From IMG/VR virus record IMGVR_UViG_3300021387_000147: a DNA stretch of 64,000 nt; one strand, given 5' to 3'. A program made the translations under genes and the position numbers. Shown here piece by piece: positions 58,100 to 64,000 of this stretch. Each line of letters opens with the position of its first letter. Positions within the stretch are counted from its first letter, which is position 1. Source of the DNA: a virus. Its lineage: Duplodnaviria; Caudoviricetes. The notes beneath the pieces are model-generated. The model was not told where the DNA came from, did not search any database, and saw only the letters and a program-made list of their open reading frames with translations.

Positions 58100-58936
58100 A
58101 TGATAGTTTGTAAACTTTGTGGCAAGGAATTTTCGACTTGGTTTCGTTTTGGTCTTCATTTAAGATTGGACCATGATATGACAACACATGCATATTATGA
58201 TAAATTCTTTAAAAAAGAAGATGAAGGAAAATGCGCAATTTGTGGAAAACCTACTAATTTCGTCGATGCAGTAAAAGGATATAGAGAAACATGCTCACCT
58301 GCATGTCGTAATACTTTACGTGCTCAACAAATGATGGGACAAACATTTAAATGTGAATGTGCAGAATGTGGAAAAGAATTTATATCAAATCAGGATGCAG
58401 GTTTAATTAAAAAGTTAGGTCACCATTTAAATGAAATTCATAATATGTCTTTGAAAGAGTATTATGACAAATACAAAAAGAAAGAAGGTGAAGGTATATG
58501 TCCAATTTGTGGAAAAGAAACTCAATTCTTAGGTTATACTGCAGGATATAATCCTACATGTAGTTTTGAATGTGCAAATAAATTACAGAAACAAAATGGA
58601 ACTGACCAAGGTTCTAGAGATGCTGAGATAATAAAACAAGAAGCAATCAATAAACAAATACGAAATGAAGAAGCTAAACGAATTCAAGATTATTATAAGT
58701 CAATGGTAGATGATGACGAATGTAATAATTTTCCTGAAAAAGAGAAAGTTATTTCAGAAGCATGGGGAGCATTGAGTAAAAATCCACGAAGAAAATTACA
58801 AGATAGAATTTATACCGAAGTAGATACATGTAATTATGATATGCCTGTAGAACATGAATCAACTTCAATGAATCAACGTAGAAGATACTCCTATTTAGAT
58901 GAAGAATCAACTCCAGCATCCGTGGAATGGTTATAA
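58100..58936 (+). CDS. duplicated zinc-finger protein
   Basis: Two copies of CxxCGKEF...H....H.M....YYDK..KK..EG.C.ICGK.T.F.....GY..TCS..C. Confidence 0.75.
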   Translation: MIVCKLCGKEFSTWFRFGLHLRLDHDMTTHAYYDKFFKKEDEGKCAICGKPTNFVDAVKGYRETCSPACRNTLRAQQMMGQTFKCECAECGKEFISNQDAGLIKKLGHHLNEIHNMSLKEYYDKYKKKEGEGICPICGKETQFLGYTAGYNPTCSFECANKLQKQNGTDQGSRDAEIIKQEAINKQIRNEEAKRIQDYYKSMVDDDECNNFPEKEKVISEAWGALSKNPRRKLQDRIYTEVDTCNYDMPVEHESTSMNQRRRYSYLDEESTPASVEWL

Positions 58937-58954
58937 ATAATTTAGAGGTAGTAG

Positions 58955-60796
58955 ATGGCCGCAAATGCAATCACACAATGGATAAATTCTAAGTCTGACC
59001 AAAGTAATGTGTCAACTAATGCTGAACTATTAAAGAACAGCAAAATGATGGAAAAAGATCTAACACAGATCTTGTATGCTATTGTGCCTATGGTTGAGGC
59101 TTTAAATGAAGCTGAATATGAATCTACTACTAAAATTAATGAAACACTAAATAAGATTGGTTATTTAGTTGAATTTGTTGCATCAAGTACTGCTGATGCT
59201 CTTGATGAATTAAAACAAGAAGAAAAAGAACAAAATGAAAAGATTGTTGGTCTATTGAGTTATGAAGATCAAGGTGCTAAAGCATTAGTCACATCAGAAC
59301 CTACAACAGAAACAAAACCTTTAATGATTTCTCATGAATCAATTAATGCTTTAGCTGAAGTAATAACTCCTGAACAAGAAAAGATGACAGAAGCTATTAC
59401 TAATATGGGTAATAATGTTCAGCAAATTACAAATCAGACTACTGAAATTATTAAGAATGAAAGAGAAGCAAAGATTGATAGTCTTGTAAAAGCAACTGAA
59501 AAACCTAAAGAAATAGTAAAACCAGAAAAAGAAAAGAAAGGTGGACCAGACTTCTCAGGTTTCTTTAATGGTGTTAAAGCAATGTTAAAGAAGTTCTTAT
59601 CACCTGTTGCATGGATTGCTGCATTTATTCAAGAAATTCTTCCTTGGGTATTAATCTTTGGTGCATTGTTTATTGGTTTCTGGGAAACTGCTTCAGCAAA
59701 AGTTAAAGCGTATGCTATAGGTATATTCGCTGCTATATTATTATCTTGGCGAGTGTTGACTGGTAAAATCTTTAATGATGTAAAATTACTTATTACATTT
59801 GGTAAAAAACTTTGGGCTGGTGCTATCTGGTTAGTTAATAGTTTACATCTAAAAGAACATGCTTTAAAGTTAGGTAATATAGTAAAAGACTTTGCCATGG
59901 CTGTTATTCGTCATACTGCTGATATGGCAAGAATTGCTTATGCTTTAGCTTGTGAACTTGCTAAATTCATTAAAGATATGTTTGTGACTGGATTTAAACT
60001 TGTCAAAGCTATCGCTTTGTTCATTGCTGATATGGCACGTATTGTATTCCAGATTGCAATGGCTGCAGCTCAGTATCTATTAATCGCTGCTGCAGTTATA
60101 GCTATTGTAGCATTAGTTGGTTTAATCATCTATGGACTTATTAAAGTTATATCAATGATTGTTCCTATGATTGTTAATGCAATTACAACATTCTTATCTG
60201 CTGCATGGAATATTATAAAAGATATTGCTGGAACACTTGTTGAATTCTTAGCACCTGTTGGTAAAGCTGTTATCGATTTCTTAATGGCTTTAAATCCAGT
60301 TTATTTAGTTGTCAAATTAATTACAGGTATTGCAGGAGCAATTAAAGATTTCTTTAGTTCTAATGAAAAAGAAGCTGAAGCTCAAGAAGAACCTGTATCT
60401 GAAGAAGCAGCAACTGCATTAGGTGTTACTGCAGATACGTATAATAATGTTGAACAACAAAAGATGAATTTGTTTGAGTCTAAGATGAATGCTGTATTAA
60501 AACAGATTAAAGACTTGAGTGAAGTAATTTTGTTAAGTGCTACAGCAACTATGGTCACTGCTAAATTCTTTGGTGTAAATCCACAAAATGGTCAAGCTGC
60601 ACCACAAGGAACTTCTATGTTTGCACAAACAGTTGCAACAGATGGTTCTACTGCAAGTAAATCAATAGAAAAAGAAAATGAACCTATTGATTATAATAAA
60701 GTCTTTGAAAAGATGGTTCAATTACTTACCGATATTAAGGATAAGAAGATTGAAATCAAAGATGAAAAGAAGAGTGGATTGTTCAATTTATTCTAA
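58955..60796 (+). CDS. tape measure/baseplate hub-like protein (gp29-like) with hydrophobic helices
   Basis: Coiled-coil N-terminus, long amphipathic/TM Ala-Ile-rich middle; TATAAATA upstream. Confidence 0.6.
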   Translation: MAANAITQWINSKSDQSNVSTNAELLKNSKMMEKDLTQILYAIVPMVEALNEAEYESTTKINETLNKIGYLVEFVASSTADALDELKQEEKEQNEKIVGLLSYEDQGAKALVTSEPTTETKPLMISHESINALAEVITPEQEKMTEAITNMGNNVQQITNQTTEIIKNEREAKIDSLVKATEKPKEIVKPEKEKKGGPDFSGFFNGVKAMLKKFLSPVAWIAAFIQEILPWVLIFGALFIGFWETASAKVKAYAIGIFAAILLSWRVLTGKIFNDVKLLITFGKKLWAGAIWLVNSLHLKEHALKLGNIVKDFAMAVIRHTADMARIAYALACELAKFIKDMFVTGFKLVKAIALFIADMARIVFQIAMAAAQYLLIAAAVIAIVALVGLIIYGLIKVISMIVPMIVNAITTFLSAAWNIIKDIAGTLVEFLAPVGKAVIDFLMALNPVYLVVKLITGIAGAIKDFFSSNEKEAEAQEEPVSEEAATALGVTADTYNNVEQQKMNLFESKMNAVLKQIKDLSEVILLSATATMVTAKFFGVNPQNGQAAPQGTSMFAQTVATDGSTASKSIEKENEPIDYNKVFEKMVQLLTDIKDKKIEIKDEKKSGLFNLF

Positions 60797-60804
60797 GGTA
60801 AAAA

Positions 60805-61656
60805 ATGTCTTTAAGCATTTATACACATGATGAAGATACAACTAATATGAAAAATACACACAAATATCATTCGTGTGCATTTGAAATTGGTTTATCAACA
60901 AAATCATTTAATGGTGCGGTAAAACAATTACCAGAAATTCAAGGCCGTAGAATTATGGAAATTCACGGTATTGCAGATGATGCAATAGAATTAGGTTATT
61001 CAACAGGATGGGGAGAATCTCCAGGTGCAAAAGCAGTTGCTACTATTAAAGAATTTACACGTTCAGATGCATTTAAAATGTTCTCTGGTGGTGTATTCAA
61101 TTCTAATGCGGCTACTGATAAATGGACACAAATCCTTCCTAAAGATGGTGCTAACATTTCTGTAGGAATAAAATTTAGAGCTTATTTTAAAGCAAATTAT
61201 ACGAATACAAATTCATATATGACTATTATTCCATGGCTTACTTTTTTAACATCACCAATGTCAGAATTTTCTCTACAAACAGAAGTAAATAATATTGTAA
61301 ATGCATTAAGTAATGCTAAAGAACAAGGTAATCAATTAGGAAAAGAATTAAATGAAGTAGCAAATAGTAATGGAACAATGACAGAAAAAGCTATAACCGC
61401 TCTTCATAAAATTTATGAAAACATAGAAGCTTTAACAACATATTCCAGAGGAACTGCTGTTTTTACTTTAAAATTTGGTGATTTAATTAAAAAGGCTGAT
61501 GCTGTTGACTGGATAATTAAAGATTGGAGTTTTACTCCTTCAACACAATGTGGTCCAGATAATAACCCACTATGGGTAGATTTTCAAATCAATATGGAAA
61601 CTAATGAAAAATTATCATATAATAATTTATCATTGATTTTTAATTTTATTGAATAG
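60805..61656 (+). CDS. baseplate tube cap-like protein (gp48/gp54-like)
   Basis: Tube-fold pattern; shares ST.W.E.P and DW..TPS with the convergent neighbour. Confidence 0.45.
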   Translation: MSLSIYTHDEDTTNMKNTHKYHSCAFEIGLSTKSFNGAVKQLPEIQGRRIMEIHGIADDAIELGYSTGWGESPGAKAVATIKEFTRSDAFKMFSGGVFNSNAATDKWTQILPKDGANISVGIKFRAYFKANYTNTNSYMTIIPWLTFLTSPMSEFSLQTEVNNIVNALSNAKEQGNQLGKELNEVANSNGTMTEKAITALHKIYENIEALTTYSRGTAVFTLKFGDLIKKADAVDWIIKDWSFTPSTQCGPDNNPLWVDFQINMETNEKLSYNNLSLIFNFIE

Positions 61657-63028
61657 TAGGTTGTTGAGCTTCATATTTAATTACTTGTTTCCAACGTTGC
61701 AATGATTTTACTTGGTCAGGTCTACAAGTAATACTAAAATCATAATAAGCATGAAAACCATCCATCATTTCAAGAGATGGTGTCACTTTCCAGTCAGTTA
61801 TCGCAACGATAATTGGCTTTTTAAATATGAAACGGAAAATATCTAATTGCCACAAATTAGATGATAAGAATTTTACTTTCCATCTTTCTTCAGTTGCAAA
61901 TTGTGATGCAAGAGAATTTTCAATTTTCTTAAGTGTATCAGAATCTGCATCCATCAATGTTTGATAATTAGCATTAAAATCTAATTTTGCAGATTTAATT
62001 TGTTCATTAACATTTTCTAATACACTTCTAAAATAATTTTCTACTTGATCTTTTCCCCAAACATTATTATCCCAATCACCATCACTTGATAGTGCTCCCA
62101 TAATTGATTCTACATCCAATGTGCATGTAGTTGTATCTAATGTTTTATCAGTGACATGTTCAGTAGATGTTGATTTAAATGTATAATCTTGGTCTTTCCA
62201 TTTAAACTTATATGTAAATGGAGTTTCATCAGTTAAATCTACTTTTGATTCATAAGTACCTTTTTCACCAGATTCAATCCATAAATCACATGTATTTAAA
62301 ATATCAGCAATATAAACATTTTCAGATTTTCTGTCATCATCAGAACCTGACCAAACTTTTATTGGTATACCAGCTTGTGTTGTTAACAATTTATCTTTAA
62401 CTGTTGCTTTTGCATTATTTGTAAATTCTACAATTTTAAAAGTAATCTGTGAAATTTTTGTTTTACGTATTTTCTTCATTTCATCAGTTTCAGCATTACC
62501 ATCAGTACCTGCTGCTAAACTTGAAAAAGCTTCACCAATTTCAGCACCTTCTCCTTTCATTGCAATTAGAGAATCTTTTATGTTCTGCTCTAAAGTACCA
62601 ACATTTAAAACACCTGCAGCTGATACAGTTGCAAATTTAGAAAGATATTTCATCCATGTTTTAGGGTCATCTTGACCTAATAAATTCTGTGGATAAATTC
62701 TGAAGTTCAATGTAATATCTTTATTTGTACTACCATTATACATTCTAGATGACCAATGGTCCATTAATAATTGTGTAGTATTAACACCACCAGCTAAGAA
62801 TGTAGCAGTATTAACTAAATCACTCATAAAGAATTCTTGAACCTTCTTACCGAATGTTGCTCTTGGAGCTTCAATCCATTCAGTAGACAATCCGAAACTT
62901 GGCATTTCTTTTACAATGCCAGTTAAAGTAATAGGATTTCCATCCGTATCAATAGTTGTTAAATGGAAACAGTTATTACCAGCAAATTCATTTGGATTGC
63001 CATTTGTTTCAAATCGTTTCATTGCCAT
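61646..63028 (-). CDS. baseplate tube cap-like protein, paralog of 60805-61656; start re-called to 63028
   Basis: LSTEWIEAP, ITLNFRIY, ITDWKVTPS; CATAAATA-N4-ATG. Confidence 0.5.
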   Translation of the reverse strand: MAMKRFETNGNPNEFAGNNCFHLTTIDTDGNPITLTGIVKEMPSFGLSTEWIEAPRATFGKKVQEFFMSDLVNTATFLAGGVNTTQLLMDHWSSRMYNGSTNKDITLNFRIYPQNLLGQDDPKTWMKYLSKFATVSAAGVLNVGTLEQNIKDSLIAMKGEGAEIGEAFSSLAAGTDGNAETDEMKKIRKTKISQITFKIVEFTNNAKATVKDKLLTTQAGIPIKVWSGSDDDRKSENVYIADILNTCDLWIESGEKGTYESKVDLTDETPFTYKFKWKDQDYTFKSTSTEHVTDKTLDTTTCTLDVESIMGALSSDGDWDNNVWGKDQVENYFRSVLENVNEQIKSAKLDFNANYQTLMDADSDTLKKIENSLASQFATEERWKVKFLSSNLWQLDIFRFIFKKPIIVAITDWKVTPSLEMMDGFHAYYDFSITCRPDQVKSLQRWKQVIKYEAQQPTIQ

Positions 63029-63032
63029 ACTA

Positions 63033-63050
63033 TATTTATGTTCATAAATA
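63033..63050. promoter_or_regulatory. palindromic back-to-back late promoters
   Basis: TATTTATG-TT-CATAAATA, each element 4 nt from an ATG. Confidence 0.75.
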
Positions 63051-63054
63051 GAAT

Positions 63055-63366
63055 ATGGAAAGTATAACTTCAAGAACTAGATATTTAGATAAATATACAA
63101 CTAATGGAGTAAATGAATATGATTTAGGTTCATTTACACAAACTGATTTTGATTTCGGAGATCCAATCTATGTTCAAGTAGAACACGAAGAAGTTGGACG
63201 TCCAGATTTGATTTCTCAGAAATGTTATGGAACTACTAACTATTGGTGGTTCATTATGTGGTATAATGGAATAAGTGATGTTTGGAATGACTTATGTGAT
63301 GGAATTATTTTGGAAATTCCACAAATAGATAAAGTCAGAGAATATTTGAAAACGGTAGGAAAATAA
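63055..63366 (+). CDS. baseplate wedge subunit (T4 gp53-like, LysM-like)
   Basis: GRPDLIS...YG...YWW.I...NGI.D...L..G..L.IP. Confidence 0.85.
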   Translation: MESITSRTRYLDKYTTNGVNEYDLGSFTQTDFDFGDPIYVQVEHEEVGRPDLISQKCYGTTNYWWFIMWYNGISDVWNDLCDGIILEIPQIDKVREYLKTVGK

Positions 63367-64000
63367 TGGTAAATTTTAGTGAATTATTTAATGTTAATGC
63401 TACAACTCTTCCTATGGATAAAAAGAGTCTATCCTCTATGATGAATAGAGCTACTCTGGTAGGTTATTATCAGTGTGCTTATAGTTCTTTGATTAGCACA
63501 TTAAAAATGATCCAGAGCGCTTCTGAGCTATCCGTTTCATTAAATCCACAATGGCTATGGAATAATGCAAACAATCCTACAAATAAATTGGAATGTATTA
63601 TTCAAATTGAAGGTATACAGACTTATTCTGAATTCGTAGATAAAGTTGTTAAAAATGATGATGCAAAAGAATGGACAGATTTCTTAACCTATTCTCCTGA
63701 ATTCAGAGATGAAATTAAAGATTTGAAAACAAGAGCTTTTAAGAAGTTCCTTTGGAATTATGATAACATAAACAATTGGATAAATGATAATAACGTAGGA
63801 GTTATTAAATCCGGTAAAAATCAATTAGCTCTAGATTTCGATTATTTCAAACAACAGATTCTTGATACATCTGACTATGAGTCATTTATCAAATCTGCAA
63901 ATAAAGAACAAATTCAGAGAGCAATCGAATATATGACTAGAGAAGGATGTGCTAAATTAAAGAAGTATCAGAATGAATTAAATTTACACATCAAGAATAA
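63366..64000 (+). CDS. hypothetical protein, runs off the right edge
   Basis: ATG overlaps the gp53 stop (TAATG); frame stays open to the window end (MVNFSELFNVNATT...). Confidence 0.6.
   Translation, partial: MVNFSELFNVNATTLPMDKKSLSSMMNRATLVGYYQCAYSSLISTLKMIQSASELSVSLNPQWLWNNANNPTNKLECIIQIEGIQTYSEFVDKVVKNDDAKEWTDFLTYSPEFRDEIKDLKTRAFKKFLWNYDNINNWINDNNVGVIKSGKNQLALDFDYFKQQILDTSDYESFIKSANKEQIQRAIEYMTREGCAKLKKYQNELNLHIKN

Noticed and set aside
63029-63073. Head-to-head overlap of 61646-63073 with the gp53-like gene
   Set aside because: Resolved by the ATG at 63028 behind its own late promoter
1-64000. Stop-codon reassignment
   Set aside because: Core genes (MCP, portal, UvsW, gp6) are full length in the standard code and coding density is high
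1-64000. Diversity-generating retroelement, retron or intein
   Set aside because: No reverse transcriptase ORF, no TR/VR repeat pair noticed, and no intein-like insert in UvsW, portal or MCP

Overview
AT-rich 64 kb segment of a large T4-like (Straboviridae/Kyanoviridae-like) tailed dsDNA phage, read in the standard genetic code. It holds a rearranged virion module: major capsid gp23, scaffold gp22, portal gp20, tail tube gp19, neck gp13/gp14, head-completion nuclease gp4, DNA end protector gp2, baseplate gp6/gp25/gp53, gp48/gp54-like and gp3-like proteins, and fibre-like proteins. Also present are a UvsW helicase, ThyX (truncated at the left edge), an N6A/N4C DNA methyltransferase, at least five GT-A glycosyltransferases, and two clusters of small early genes. 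gp17, gp18 and gp21 are not recognisable in the window. Most notable unexplained signals: (1) eleven tandem, highly diverged small proteins sharing a C-terminal K-x3-I-x-[SNH]-I-[CGA]-x-[ED] tag; (2) a ~600-nt ORF-free, heavily base-paired locus at 38.3-38.9 kb behind late promoters, plus a ~75-nt late promoter-terminator unit at 46.4-46.5 kb whose transcript would be antisense to that locus's 5' end; (3) a non-capsid protein carrying a copy of the presumed mature N-terminal arm of the major capsid protein; (4) a recurrent nATAAATA-N4-ATG leaderless late-gene design; (5) a three-copy early promoter cassette with phased GTAAA-N6-TTTAC palindromes. All product calls come from motif recognition by eye, not from database searches.
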